Part shown: in pieces, positions 1 to 10,590 of the stretch
How the letters are laid out: every line of letters begins with the position of its first letter
Position numbering within the stretch: position 1 is the stretch's first letter
Assembly: GCA_030526995.1 (NCBI GenBank)
Contig: JAUNBP010000004.1
Coordinates: 2,440-66,439 of the forward strand
Origin: Clostridia bacterium
GTDB lineage: Bacteria; Bacillota; Clostridia; Christensenellales; CAG-138
Length of the DNA: 64,000 nt
Direction: 5' to 3'
Translations under genes and position numbers: made by a program
Notes under the pieces: model-generated
Told to the model about the DNA's origin: nothing
The model's input: the letters and a program-made list of their open reading frames with translations, nothing else
The model's database searches: none

Positions 1-933
1 TCTTACAAGAAGGTATGTGATTACTATGGAGTACCAGCATCTACTGCATCTATTGGTCCCATAATGCGGAGACGGATTCAATATCGCGAATCATTATTGC
101 TACCTTTTAACACGCCTGAAAAAATCGGCATTATAGGGATAACCTTTTACAGTAATTCCTATACAATTGTTTTTGCGTTGAGAGAAGACGATATTTATTG
201 CATAGATATACTGCCAGATACATACGAAGAAACCCTACTGACCATCCTGCGTAATTTCGATACAACAAAAGTCAAAACGGTCTATGTTGACCCCGTTGAC
301 GGAATGTTGAGTGCAGCTTCTCGTGCTTTCCCTGGCGCGAAGTTGGTGGTGACGGATGAATGCCTCCTGCGATACGCAAAGGATGCTATGCTTAACGTCA
401 TCCGTGAGGATGGGAAGCGCTTTCCTGTGAAATTCAAGGACAATGTATTGACCATTCCCAACAAACATATAACAAGTGACTATGAGCGCAAGCAAGTAGA
501 TGCTGGAATGAAAAGCCGTCCCCGCTTAAAATCGGCTTATGATAAACATCAGAAACTCATGGAGCTTCTGCAGGGCAAATGGTCGTATGGGAATCTTGTA
601 AAATGGATACATGGTATACCAGATGATTTGCCTGAATTTCTCCCACTCGTCGATGCTGTCGAGATGTTTGAAGCGCAAATCCGGCAATTCGAGGATATGG
701 AAAGGCCGCCGGACTTCTATCCGACAGCCATCCAAGCGGTAAGAGAAGCATTCCGAGGAATGCCACACTGTATATTTGATGTACTGAGGGCAAGGTGCTT
801 TCTTACTATTAATCATGACACCATTGAAGAAGATGGTCAAAAATATCGGCTTGGGATTCAAAAATCCCGACTTGTCAAAAACATGAATGAAATTTCCAAG
901 AATATCAGGGAGGCACGGGAATATGGACTCTAA
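1..933 (+). CDS. ISL3-family transposase-like protein (5' end outside window; catalytic site possibly degenerate)
   Basis: Frame 1 is open from nt 1, with no stop before the listed Met at 64. The layout resembles the ISL3 DDE core and C-terminal helices (VYVDPVDGMLSAASRAFPGAKLVVTDECLL; FRGMPHCIFDVLRARCFL), recognised from memory. The expected first Asp motif (GIDEF-like) reads IIGITF. The stop overlaps the hsdM start. Confidence 0.4.
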   Translation, partial: SYKKVCDYYGVPASTASIGPIMRRRIQYRESLLLPFNTPEKIGIIGITFYSNSYTIVFALREDDIYCIDILPDTYEETLLTILRNFDTTKVKTVYVDPVDGMLSAASRAFPGAKLVVTDECLLRYAKDAMLNVIREDGKRFPVKFKDNVLTIPNKHITSDYERKQVDAGMKSRPRLKSAYDKHQKLMELLQGKWSYGNLVKWIHGIPDDLPEFLPLVDAVEMFEAQIRQFEDMERPPDFYPTAIQAVREAFRGMPHCIFDVLRARCFLTINHDTIEEDGQKYRLGIQKSRLVKNMNEISKNIREAREYGL

Positions 934-2713
934 TGAAAAAATCAAGGCGGTTGGCATTAATATTCAAGAGAAGGCAAACCTCATCTGGAATGTAGCAAAC
1001 TCACTTTTCGGAGCATACAAACCGCATGAATACGGTCTTGTTATTCTGCCAATGGTAGTAATCAAGCGTTTTCACGACTGTTTGCTGCCTACGCATGAAA
1101 AGATTCTGGAAACCTACGAAAAAATCAAGCACCTTGCGGTGCGGGATGGTTTTCTGTATTCAGCTTCAGGCTATCACTTTTACAATACCAGCCCATTTAC
1201 TTTTGAGCGATTAAAGACTGACCCGGAAAACATAAAGGCAAACTTTGAGGCGTACCTGGCAGGGTTCTCCGACAATATTGCCGATGTTCTGGCCCGCATG
1301 GGATTCTACAATCAAATCGACCGCATGAGTGATGCCGGAGTTTTGTACCAGGTCATTAGTGACTTCTGCGAGGACAACGCAGATATGAGTCCTGACAAGA
1401 TTTCTGCAATCGACATGGGCTATGTGTTTGAAAATCTTGTCCAGAGATTCTCTGAGAGCTACGATGAAGAGGCAGGTTCCCACTTCACCAGCCGAGACAT
1501 CATCTATCTGATGTGTGATATGCTGACGATGGAGGCAGACTTCTCCGACCCCGATGCTCCTGCCAAGACCGTATATGATATGGCGATGGGAACAAGCCAG
1601 ATGCTCACCTGTATGGAGGAGCGAATCAAGGCTCTGGACAGTGAGGCGGACATCATCTGCTATGGGCAGGAAATCAATCCATTCACCTTCGGTATTGCCA
1701 AGGCGGATATGCTCATCCGTGGCGGCGACCCGAACAATATGCAGTTCGGAAATACGTTGAACGACGATAAGTTCTCCGGCTACACCTTCGATTACTGCAT
1801 TTCCAACCCCCCCTTCGGTATTGATTGGAAGCGCGAAGCGACGGACATTGAAAAGGAATACAAGCTGGGCGATGCCGGACGCTTTGGCGTTGGTCTCCCG
1901 GCAAAGTCTGATGGTCAAATGTTGTTCATGCTAAACGGCATTGCAAAGTTGAAAGACACCGGCCGCATGGCAATCATACAGAACGGCTCATCCCTGTTTA
2001 CCGGAGATGCGGGCAGCGGCCAGAGCGAAATCAGGAGATACATTATTGAGAATGACTGGTTAGATGCCATTGTGCAGTTGCCGAACGACAGCTTTTATAA
2101 CACGGGCATTGCGACCTACATCTGGGTCATCACGAAAGATAAGCCGCAGTCCCATCGGGAACACGTCCTATTGATTGATGCCAGTGGCTGTTACGAGCAG
2201 CGCAGGAAGCCTATCGGCAACAAGCGTGTGGACATCACCGAGGTCTGCCGAAATCTAATCATTGAGGCTTATGGCGATTACACCAGCCGCACTTACACAA
2301 CCACCATTGTGGACGGCAAGACCATCACAGTCAAAAGCAAGAGGATGGAGTCAATTGCCCTTGGCTACAATAAAATCACGGTGGAGAGTCCCCGGCTTGA
2401 TAAGGACGGCAAGCCGGTTCTGAAAAAGGGAAAGCCGATAGCGGATACCTCCAAGCGAGATACGGAAGTTATTCCTCTGGACGAAGATATGGATGCCTAC
2501 TTCGAGCGAGAGGTTTTGCCTTACCGCCCGGGTGCATGGATTGATAAGGGCAAAACGAAGGTGGGTTATGAAATTCCGTTTACCAAGACTTTCTACGAGT
2601 ATTTGGAAATGGAGCCTGCCGATGAAATAGCGAAACGCATTAAGGCACATGAGCGTAACTTGATGACAAAGCTACAGGCACTATTTGGAAACGGCGGTGA
2701 GCAGGATGAATAG
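923..2713 (+). CDS. hsdM: Type I restriction-modification system, N6-adenine DNA methyltransferase subunit M
   Basis: It has the NPPF catalytic motif (CISNPPFGIDWK) and an HsdM-like N-terminal region. GGGAGG lies about 10 nt upstream of the ATG at 923. The stop overlaps the hsdS start, and hsdS and hsdR follow. Confidence 0.9.
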   Translation: MDSNEKIKAVGINIQEKANLIWNVANSLFGAYKPHEYGLVILPMVVIKRFHDCLLPTHEKILETYEKIKHLAVRDGFLYSASGYHFYNTSPFTFERLKTDPENIKANFEAYLAGFSDNIADVLARMGFYNQIDRMSDAGVLYQVISDFCEDNADMSPDKISAIDMGYVFENLVQRFSESYDEEAGSHFTSRDIIYLMCDMLTMEADFSDPDAPAKTVYDMAMGTSQMLTCMEERIKALDSEADIICYGQEINPFTFGIAKADMLIRGGDPNNMQFGNTLNDDKFSGYTFDYCISNPPFGIDWKREATDIEKEYKLGDAGRFGVGLPAKSDGQMLFMLNGIAKLKDTGRMAIIQNGSSLFTGDAGSGQSEIRRYIIENDWLDAIVQLPNDSFYNTGIATYIWVITKDKPQSHREHVLLIDASGCYEQRRKPIGNKRVDITEVCRNLIIEAYGDYTSRTYTTTIVDGKTITVKSKRMESIALGYNKITVESPRLDKDGKPVLKKGKPIADTSKRDTEVIPLDEDMDAYFEREVLPYRPGAWIDKGKTKVGYEIPFTKTFYEYLEMEPADEIAKRIKAHERNLMTKLQALFGNGGEQDE

Positions 2714-4034
2714 CACGGGGCATTATGACGAGATGAAAGACAGTGGCATCCAGTGGATTGGAATCGTTCCTGCCCATTGGAACGTTCGGACGCTATATCA
2801 GCTTGTCACGCGGGTGAACAATAAAAATTCCGACCTTGCCGAGCAAAACCTGCTCTCCTTGAGCTACGGAAAAATCAAACGCAAGGACATCAACACCAAT
2901 GACGGTCTGCTGCCGGCATCGTTTGATGGGTACAATGTCATCGAGAGCGGCGACATCGTTCTGCGTTTGACGGATTTACAGAACGACCGCACCAGCTTGC
3001 GGGTAGGACACGCCACGGAGCGCGGGATTATTACCTCGGCCTACACGACACTCCGCCCTATCAACTCCGCCCATTCCAGATACCTTTATTATTTGATTCA
3101 TGCCTTTGATATCAAAAAAGGATTTTACGGCATGGGGTCTGGTGTGCGGCAGGGATTGAACTACAGCGAGGTCAAGGAGCTACGAATAGCCATTCCTCCG
3201 CAAGCCGAGATGAATGCCATTGTGGCGTTTTTGGATGATAAGTGTGTCAAGATTGATGAGTTGATTGAGAGTGTCAATACTACAATCGAAGAATATAAAA
3301 GTTGGAAAATGTCCCTAATATTCAAAGCCACAACTATGGGCAACAATAGTGATGCAGAAATGGTAAAGTCAACTATTCCTTGGATTGAACGACATCCCTC
3401 GCACTGGCACACATTACCAATGAAACGTGTTATTCTATCTCGCGACAGTGGTGCTTGGGGAAATGAATCAAATGGAGATGTCAATGACAAAGTTTGTATG
3501 AGAATTTCCGATTTTGCATTTGAACAAGGCCGTTTCAAAGAATCCGTAGATTTGTTCACGGTGAGGAACTATAACCAATCAACCATTGATAAGTTGTCTC
3601 TTAAGTATGGAGATATCTTGGTTGAAAAATCTGGTGGTGGAGAAAAAACACCCGTTGGAAGGGCTGTTATGTTCAATCTTCCTATTGATGCGCTATTTGC
3701 AAATTTTATGGATAGACTGAAGATTGATTCGAACATCGTTACACCCGAGTTTTTTGAGTATTACTGGCGTGGTATGTATTTTAGATCCGTGACTTCGGCT
3801 TACATTAAACAAACCATCGGATTTCAAAACCTAAACCTCGCAGGTTTGTTAAACTCGGAGTTTGTTTTAGTTCCACCCAAAGATGAGCAATGTGCTATTG
3901 TTAGCTATTTAGACGATTTGGGCACGCAAATCGATACACTTGTTGAAAATAAGAAAAACTTACTTTCTGAGCTGGAAATATACAAGCGTTCCCTCATATA
4001 CGAAGCCGTAACCGGCAAAAGAAAGGTGGTGTGA
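2706..4034 (+). CDS. hsdS: Type I R-M specificity subunit S (two target-recognition domains)
   Basis: It sits between hsdM and hsdR. It shows two-TRD architecture with conserved coiled-coil spacers (central ...[14 protein letters not shown]..., C-terminal ...[19 protein letters not shown]). The ATG at 2706 overlaps the hsdM stop. Confidence 0.85.
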   Translation: MNSTGHYDEMKDSGIQWIGIVPAHWNVRTLYQLVTRVNNKNSDLAEQNLLSLSYGKIKRKDINTNDGLLPASFDGYNVIESGDIVLRLTDLQNDRTSLRVGHATERGIITSAYTTLRPINSAHSRYLYYLIHAFDIKKGFYGMGSGVRQGLNYSEVKELRIAIPPQAEMNAIVAFLDDKCVKIDELIESVNTTIEEYKSWKMSLIFKATTMGNNSDAEMVKSTIPWIERHPSHWHTLPMKRVILSRDSGAWGNESNGDVNDKVCMRISDFAFEQGRFKESVDLFTVRNYNQSTIDKLSLKYGDILVEKSGGGEKTPVGRAVMFNLPIDALFANFMDRLKIDSNIVTPEFFEYYWRGMYFRSVTSAYIKQTIGFQNLNLAGLLNSEFVLVPPKDEQCAIVSYLDDLGTQIDTLVENKKNLLSELEIYKRSLIYEAVTGKRKVV

Positions 4035-4036
4035 CT

Positions 4037-7000
4037 ATGAGCGAGAACAAGGGTTTCCAAGAGCGAATGCAGGCATATCAAGATGCTGCGCATCGCATGG
4101 ATGAAAGCGAGAAAAACTTTGAATCGTTTATCGAGTCCTATCTAATATCCGAAGAAGGCGGCTGGACAAAAGCTACTGATGCTGGACTGCGCAGCGAAGA
4201 AAGTCGCGGACTGAATGTGGATATTGTGACGTTGACCGACTTTGTCAAGGTTACCCAGCCGATGGCTTGGCGGCGCTTCGAGCGGATGTGTACCATCAAT
4301 CCAGTGCGCCAGTTCTATAAGTCTTTCGAGAATGCCGTCACCCAGGACGGTTTGATCTCCGTGCTTCGCTATGGATTTAAGCACCGTGGCATTGCTTTCC
4401 GTGTGTGCTATTTCAAGCCGGAGTCCGAATTGAATGACCTTGCAACAAAGCATTATCAGCAGAATGTCTGCCAGTGCATCCGCCAGTGGCACTATTCTGA
4501 GCAGAACAACAACACCATCGATATGGTGCTTGCCATCAACGGCATCCCGGTCATCGCCATTGAACTGAAAAACCAGCTGACCGGGCAGTCCGTGGATGAT
4601 GCAAGGAAGCAGTGGGCATATAACCGCAATCCCAAGGAGCCTGCATTCGGATTCAACAAGCGCATCCTGGCTTATTTTGCCTGCGATTTGTACGATGTCT
4701 ATATGACCACCCGTTTGGAAGGTCCCATGACAAATTTCCTACCTTTCAACCAGGGCAGCAACGGTGCGGGCAAGGACGGTGGAGCGGGAAATCCGAAGAA
4801 TGAGAGCGGTGGCTATGTGACCGCTTACTTCTGGGAGAATGTTCTGCAAAAGGATAAGCTGCTGGATATCCTCCAGAAATTCATCAGCTACGAGAAGTCC
4901 GAGAAAAAGGAAATCCTCCCAGATGGTTCTACTAACATTAGGACTTCCGAAAAAATCATCTTCCCCCGCTACCACCAGTTGGATGTCGTGCGGAAGCTGG
5001 TTGACCATGTCCGAGAAAACGGTCCGGGGCACAACTATTTGATTCAACATAGTGCGGGTTCCGGCAAGTCTAACTCTATCGCATGGACAGCCTACCGCAT
5101 GGCAAGCCTGCACGATGTCAACAACGAGGCAGTTTATGACAGTGTGATTGTCGTTACCGACCGCCGTGTTCTGGATCAACAGCTTCAAGCCACCATCTCC
5201 AGCTTTGACCATACGCTTGGAAGTGTAGAGACAATTGATGACAAGAAAAGCTCTGCCGATCTCCGTGATGCTATCAACAAGGGCAAGCGCATCATTGTTA
5301 CCACCCTGCAGAAGTTTCCTGTCATTTATGAGCAGGTGGAATCCGCAGTGGGCAAGCACTATGCCATTCTTGTAGATGAGGCGCACAGCAGCCAGACCGG
5401 GCAAGCAGCAATGAAGCTGAAAGCAGCACTTGCAGATGTATCTGACGCTTTGCAGGAGTACGCTGAACTGGAGCAGAAGGCCATAGAGGAAATCGAAGCC
5501 AAGGACATCATGGTGCAGGATATGTTGAAACAGGGACGCCACAAGAATCTCAGCTTCTTCGCCTTCACCGCTACACCGAAGAGAAAAACACTGGAGATTT
5601 TCGGCGAACCGCAGCCGGACGGTTCTTTCCATCCTTTCCATATTTATTCCATGCGTCAAGCAATCGAAGAGGGATTTATCCTTGATGTTTTGGCTAACTA
5701 CACCACATATAAGATGTGCTATCAGATTGCCAAGAACGTGCCGGAAAACCCGGATGTTCCGACTTCCAAGGCGGTGCGTACCATCCGCCGCTATGAGGAG
5801 CTGCATCCGCATAACCTCCAGCAGAAGGCGGCTATCATCGTGGAGACCTTCCGGGATGTCACTAAAAAGAAAATCGGCGGTCTTGGAAAGATGATGGTGG
5901 TTACGGCATCGCGTCTTGCTGCCGTCCGCTACTACCACGAAATCAAACGGTATCTTGAGCAGAACAACTATGATGACATAGAAATCATGATTGCATTCAG
6001 TGGAAGTCTGAAAGACCCGGATGATCCCAGCAGCCCGGAGTACACTGAAAGCTCTATGAATGTGGACAGAAACGGCAATCGGGTCAAGGAGAGCCAGACA
6101 AAAAGTGTGTTCCACGATGAGGGAGACATACTGATTGTTGCAGAAAAGTACCAGACTGGATTTGACGAGCCGTTGCTTCACACCATGATTGTGGACAAGG
6201 AGTTGCGGGATGTGAAAGCGGTGCAGACTTTGAGCCGCCTGAACAGAACCTATCCCGGCAAAATCGACACCTATGTATTGGATTTTGTGAATGATGCGGA
6301 GCGTATTAAGGAGGCGTTCCTGCAGTTCTATCAGGAAACCAGCCTAGATGAGGAGATTAACTTTGATCTGATATACACCACACAGAAAATTCTGCGAAAT
6401 TTCCATGTCTACACGGAGGCTGATATTGCTGCGGTTTCGGATATTTATTTTGACCCGGACATCCGCAAGGCAAACGCCACACAGGGCAAAATATCCAACA
6501 TCCTGAAACCTGTGGCCGATAAGTACAATCAGCTGAACCAGGAACAGAGATACCAATTCCGTCGGGAAGTCAGAGCGTTTGTGAAGTGGTATAACTACAT
6601 TTCACAGATAACTCGGATGTTTGACAAGGAACTGCATCAGGAATATATCCTCTGCTCCTACCTCACAAGACTGCTTCCGTCCGACCCGGTTCTGCCGTTT
6701 GACCTTGACAATCGTGTGAAGCTCGAATACTATCGTCTTGAGAAAACATTTGAAGGTTCTATCGAATTGCAGACGACTTCCAGCTCTTACAAGCCGACTC
6801 AGCCCAAGCGTGCCGGCGGGCAAAAAGAGCGCACCAGTCCTTTGGATGAGATTATCGCTCGTATTAACGAGGAATTCTTCGGTGACTTCACCGATGCAGA
6901 CCGCGTTATGGTAGACACCCTTTATACTAAAATGCGGAAGGACTCCAAGGTTAAAAAAGCGGCAAAGAGTAATGACCGACAAGTATATGAGCGTAGTATC

Positions 7001-7153
7001 TTTCCTAGTATCTTCGACACGACTGCTCAGCAGGCGTATATGGATGATATGCAGGCGTATGAACAGCTGTTTTTGGACGCCGAAAAATATCGCATCATTC
7101 AACAGGCACTTGCGGAACGGCTGTATAGAGAACTTCATGGAGAGACGAAGTAA
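4037..7153 (+). CDS. hsdR: Type I restriction endonuclease subunit R (SF2 helicase/nuclease)
   Basis: Walker A is [10 protein letters not shown] and the DEAH box is [12 protein letters not shown]. The product is 1038 aa. AAAGGTGG lies 7 nt upstream of the ATG at 4037, so the GTG at 4031 is too close to the SD to be the start. Confidence 0.9.
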   Translation: MSENKGFQERMQAYQDAAHRMDESEKNFESFIESYLISEEGGWTKATDAGLRSEESRGLNVDIVTLTDFVKVTQPMAWRRFERMCTINPVRQFYKSFENAVTQDGLISVLRYGFKHRGIAFRVCYFKPESELNDLATKHYQQNVCQCIRQWHYSEQNNNTIDMVLAINGIPVIAIELKNQLTGQSVDDARKQWAYNRNPKEPAFGFNKRILAYFACDLYDVYMTTRLEGPMTNFLPFNQGSNGAGKDGGAGNPKNESGGYVTAYFWENVLQKDKLLDILQKFISYEKSEKKEILPDGSTNIRTSEKIIFPRYHQLDVVRKLVDHVRENGPGHNYLIQHSAGSGKSNSIAWTAYRMASLHDVNNEAVYDSVIVVTDRRVLDQQLQATISSFDHTLGSVETIDDKKSSADLRDAINKGKRIIVTTLQKFPVIYEQVESAVGKHYAILVDEAHSSQTGQAAMKLKAALADVSDALQEYAELEQKAIEEIEAKDIMVQDMLKQGRHKNLSFFAFTATPKRKTLEIFGEPQPDGSFHPFHIYSMRQAIEEGFILDVLANYTTYKMCYQIAKNVPENPDVPTSKAVRTIRRYEELHPHNLQQKAAIIVETFRDVTKKKIGGLGKMMVVTASRLAAVRYYHEIKRYLEQNNYDDIEIMIAFSGSLKDPDDPSSPEYTESSMNVDRNGNRVKESQTKSVFHDEGDILIVAEKYQTGFDEPLLHTMIVDKELRDVKAVQTLSRLNRTYPGKIDTYVLDFVNDAERIKEAFLQFYQETSLDEEINFDLIYTTQKILRNFHVYTEADIAAVSDIYFDPDIRKANATQGKISNILKPVADKYNQLNQEQRYQFRREVRAFVKWYNYISQITRMFDKELHQEYILCSYLTRLLPSDPVLPFDLDNRVKLEYYRLEKTFEGSIELQTTSSSYKPTQPKRAGGQKERTSPLDEIIARINEEFFGDFTDADRVMVDTLYTKMRKDSKVKKAAKSNDRQVYERSIFPSIFDTTAQQAYMDDMQAYEQLFLDAEKYRIIQQALAERLYRELHGETK

Positions 7154-7168
7154 AGTGGAGGAAAAGCG

Positions 7169-9001
7169 ATGGCAATTAATATTGCACCAGAATCTATAGA
7201 TACAGCGCTGGATATTTTGATGCGTGAGGTCCGTGACGGAAAGGAGCAACTACCAGAGTTTCAGCGTGACTGGACTTGGGATGATGGTAGAATAAGGGGC
7301 ATACTTGCGAGCCTATCCCAAGGTTACCCTATGGGCGCAATCATGCGGTTGAAGTATGGCAACGAAAATATAAAATTCAAGTATCGAACTTTTGAGGGGG
7401 TAAATGCTCCTGGAGTTACGCCGGAGTTTCTCGTGCTTGATGGGCAGCAGAGGCTTACTTCTATGTATCGTGCAACGATGGCAAAGGATGCCGTTGTTAC
7501 TAAGACCGATAAGGGGAAGGCAATTCAACGATTTTATTATCTCGACATGAAACTGTGCCTTGACGAAAGTCAAGATCGCTATGATGCTGTTATTGCCGTT
7601 CCTGATGATAAAAAAGTGAAAACGGATTTTGACCGTAAAGTTTTACTGGATTTGTCTACCCGAGAACTGGAATACGAGCACGAGATGTTCCCCATCAACA
7701 TCGTTTTCGACAGCAGCGCCAGAGAGGATTGGGCAGATGGGTATAAGGAATATCACAACTACGAAAAAACATACATGGAGAGGTATAAGCAGTTCCGCAC
7801 CGATGTGATAGAAACCATCACTGGGTATAAACTGCCAGTTATCACACTTGGCCGGGATACTCCCCGTGAAGCGGTTTGCAAGGTTTTTGAAAATGTCAAT
7901 ACGGGCGGAGTCTCGTTGACAGTGTTTGAGCTGGTAACAGCAACTTTTGCCACATATGAATTTGACCTTCGAAAGGACTGGGAGGCTTGTCGTGACATTA
8001 TTTGGGGCAAGGGAGAGCCGTTAAATACCGATGTTATGCATGGCGTGGACGAAACTGCATTCTTGACAACGGTCACTCTATACAGCAGCTATTTGGCCGA
8101 TACTATGACGACCTGCAAAAAGAAAGACGTGCTTGCACTTCCGTTTGATGCATACCAGTCAAACAAGAAAGCAGTTCTTGAGGGATACAAAATGGCCCGA
8201 AAATTCCTGTTTAGCCAATACGTGTTCCGCAGGAGAGATCTGCCATATACCACGCAGTTGATTCCGTTGGCCGCCATTTGTGCCGTGATTGGTAAAAGCA
8301 CCTTCAATCTTCCACAAACGCAAAACATCCTCAAGCAATGGTATTGGTGTGGAATTATGGGTGAAATGTACGGTGGTGCTAACGAAACAAGATATGCAAA
8401 CGATATAGAAGATGTGGTTGCTTTGATAAAGGGCAAGCCAAGTGCGAACAGAACAATGGGTGCTGCCTATTTCTCCGCCACACGGCTGATTTCACTCCAA
8501 ACAAGAAACAGTGCTGCCTATAAAGGAATCATGGCACTTGTCTATCGGGCACAGTGTAAAGATTTCATGCAGGGAACAACGATGGACATTGTGAAGAGTA
8601 TGGATGAGTCCCCAGACATACATCACATATTCCCAGAAGCCCACTGCATGAAAAAGGGCTATAGCAAAGATAAATGGAACTCCATCATCAACAAGACACC
8701 CTTGCTCCCTGCTTCTAACCGTCAGATTGGTGGCGAGGCGCCGAGTGTATATAGCCAAAAAATCATGAAAAGTGCTCAGATTGACGAGGCAGAATTACAA
8801 TTGCGAGTGGAGTCTCACATGGTAAACTTCGATGCGTTTATCCATGATGATTTTGATACATACTTCATTGACCGAGCAAAAGCGATTATGAAAGTCATTG
8901 AATCAGCGATGGGTAAGGCTATATCCGACAAGGCATCGGAGCAGACCATTAAGATTTACGGAGTTGACCTTGAGGACAAAGCGGTCAACTTAACTTTTTA
9001 A
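7169..9001 (+). CDS. GmrSD-like type IV (modification-dependent) restriction enzyme, DUF262 + DUF1524 domains
   Basis: The N-terminal DUF262 signatures are LPEFQRDWTW and LDGQQRLTS. The C-terminal His-Me/HNH-like DUF1524 signature is DIHHIFPEAHC...NKTPLLPASNRQIG. It starts 15 nt after hsdR. Confidence 0.8.
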   Translation: MAINIAPESIDTALDILMREVRDGKEQLPEFQRDWTWDDGRIRGILASLSQGYPMGAIMRLKYGNENIKFKYRTFEGVNAPGVTPEFLVLDGQQRLTSMYRATMAKDAVVTKTDKGKAIQRFYYLDMKLCLDESQDRYDAVIAVPDDKKVKTDFDRKVLLDLSTRELEYEHEMFPINIVFDSSAREDWADGYKEYHNYEKTYMERYKQFRTDVIETITGYKLPVITLGRDTPREAVCKVFENVNTGGVSLTVFELVTATFATYEFDLRKDWEACRDIIWGKGEPLNTDVMHGVDETAFLTTVTLYSSYLADTMTTCKKKDVLALPFDAYQSNKKAVLEGYKMARKFLFSQYVFRRRDLPYTTQLIPLAAICAVIGKSTFNLPQTQNILKQWYWCGIMGEMYGGANETRYANDIEDVVALIKGKPSANRTMGAAYFSATRLISLQTRNSAAYKGIMALVYRAQCKDFMQGTTMDIVKSMDESPDIHHIFPEAHCMKKGYSKDKWNSIINKTPLLPASNRQIGGEAPSVYSQKIMKSAQIDEAELQLRVESHMVNFDAFIHDDFDTYFIDRAKAIMKVIESAMGKAISDKASEQTIKIYGVDLEDKAVNLTF

Positions 9002-9100
9002 TTATTTCACACCTTTTAACGATTGCTTTTTATTTACACCGCAAGGGGTACACCACAACGGCAATGGGCAGCAATTGACAATAACTGAATAACAAAAACA

Positions 9101-9145
9101 AGGGCTTCCAAAGTCAGCGATTGACCACGGAAGCCCTTATTTCAA
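9101..9145 (+). terminator. Putative intrinsic terminator after the GmrSD-like gene
   Basis: The stem is AGGGCTTCC (9101-9109) paired with GGAAGCCCT (9129-9137), with an inner GTCA/TGAC helix, followed by TATTT. The loop is long, so confidence is only moderate. Confidence 0.4.
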
Positions 9146-10590
9146 GCCTTTTTCAGCACTTTTCGGCTGGAGAGGGCTTTCTCTATTGTATCAAAATCTG
9201 CATTTACATAGACCCCGCCTGCGGCAGTGGCGGTATGTTCGTTTCCTCCGCCGATTTCACGGAGCAATACGGCGCAAGCGCCAACACCGTTATGACCTTT
9301 TTCGGGCAGGAGAAGGTGGACTATAACGCCAAGCTCTGCCTAATGAACATGGCTGTCCATGGTTTGAATGCGAAGATTGTTTCCGGCGACGAGGCCAACA
9401 GTTTTTATCACGATGCGCACAATCTGGAGGGCTGCTGCGATTATGTCATGGCTAATCCGCCGTTCAACGTGGATAAGGTCAAGAGCGAAACGGCGCAAAA
9501 CGCCGGACGGCTTCCCTTCGGGCTTCCCGGCGTGAACAAAAACAAGGAAATAAGCAACGCCAATTATCTTTGGATCTCCTATTTTTACGCATATCTGAAC
9601 GAAGCAGGCAGAGCCGGGTTCGTTATGGCGTCCTCGGCAACGGACAGTCAAGGCAAGGATAAGGAGATAAGAAAACAACTTATAGAAACCGGTCATGTGG
9701 ACGTGATGATGTCGGTCAGCAACAATTTTTTCTACACCAAAAGCCTGCCCTGCTCTCTGTGGTTCTTTGATAAAGGCAAGGCGGGAGCCATCCGCGATAA
9801 GGTTCTGTTTATAGATTCCCGTAACTACTATACAGCCGTTGACCGAACCCTCAACGAGTGGAGCGAGTGGCAGATGAAAAACCTGAACGCAATCGTGTGG
9901 CTGCACCGCGGGGAGACGGAGAAGTATCGTGCTTTGCTCGATGAATATAACAACGAACTAAAAAACCAGTTCAAAATAATTGATTGGCAAGCCGATATGA
10001 TGTCACGGATGACCGACAGTTATTATTATGTGCCATTGCTCACATATGCACAAGGGTTTCAGTCAACCTGCGATTGCATTAGTTCCGTTTGGGATTGTAT
10101 GGCACAGGAATCGGCAATTAATGGTTTTATGTCAATGCAGACTGCACAGGTGAAGGCTTTTGTAAACAGCGTAGATGAACAACTGCAAAACAAGCCGAAA
10201 TCGGAATGGACCGGTTTTGCGCAAAGCTACGGTGTTTCAAAATGGCGTGGATACAAAAAATCCGTACTCCAATTGCTCGATCATCAAACAGAGCAGCTAA
10301 AAGACTTGCTCTCGATAATTGAGGAAGCTCGTTGGCTGACCGACAAATTTGGAGATGGCGTATATGCGGATATTCCGGGGCTTTGCCGTGCGGCAACGAT
10401 TGCGGAAATCAAAGAAAAAGGCTGGTCGCTGACGCCCGGCGCCTATGTCGGAGTTGCTCCCGCCGAGGACGACGGCGTGGACTTTGCAAGCCGCATGAAG
10501 GAGATACATGCAGAGTTGCTCACCTTGCAGGAGGAGTCGAACAGGTTGATGAAAACCATCTCGGAGAATATGGAGGAGATGGGGTTATGA
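9121..10590 (+). pseudogene. hsdM: 5'-truncated type I methyltransferase subunit M (N-terminal about 150-200 aa missing)
   Basis: Recognisable HsdM homology starts at SAM motif I (IYIDPACGSGGMF) only about 30 codons into an ORF with a TTG start. NPPF (VMANPPFNVDKV) and the long C-terminal region are present. No HsdM N-domain or FxTP region is seen upstream; the upstream 120 nt is a terminator-like hairpin. Confidence 0.7.

Noticed and set aside
4739-6181. Long antisense ORFs: 480 aa here, 253 aa at 13962-14723, 307 aa at 21043-21966, 386 aa at 31963-33123 and 333 aa at 50610-51611
   Set aside because: Each lies fully inside, and antisense to, a gene with clear family motifs (hsdR, hsdR, GH1, Udk-like/J-kinase, der). 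Each has Arg/Leu/His-rich low-complexity composition typical of shadow ORFs.
10332-10586. N-terminal extensions suggested by the ORF track: hsdS from 10332, ptsI from 19874, Spo0A-like from 39850, the 47087 gene from 48301, PurA-like from 30328, and GNAT from 28305
   Set aside because: The extensions overlap upstream genes in another frame, are Arg/Cys-rich or lack an SD. Internal ATGs with an SD or an ATGA overlap restore canonical N-termini.
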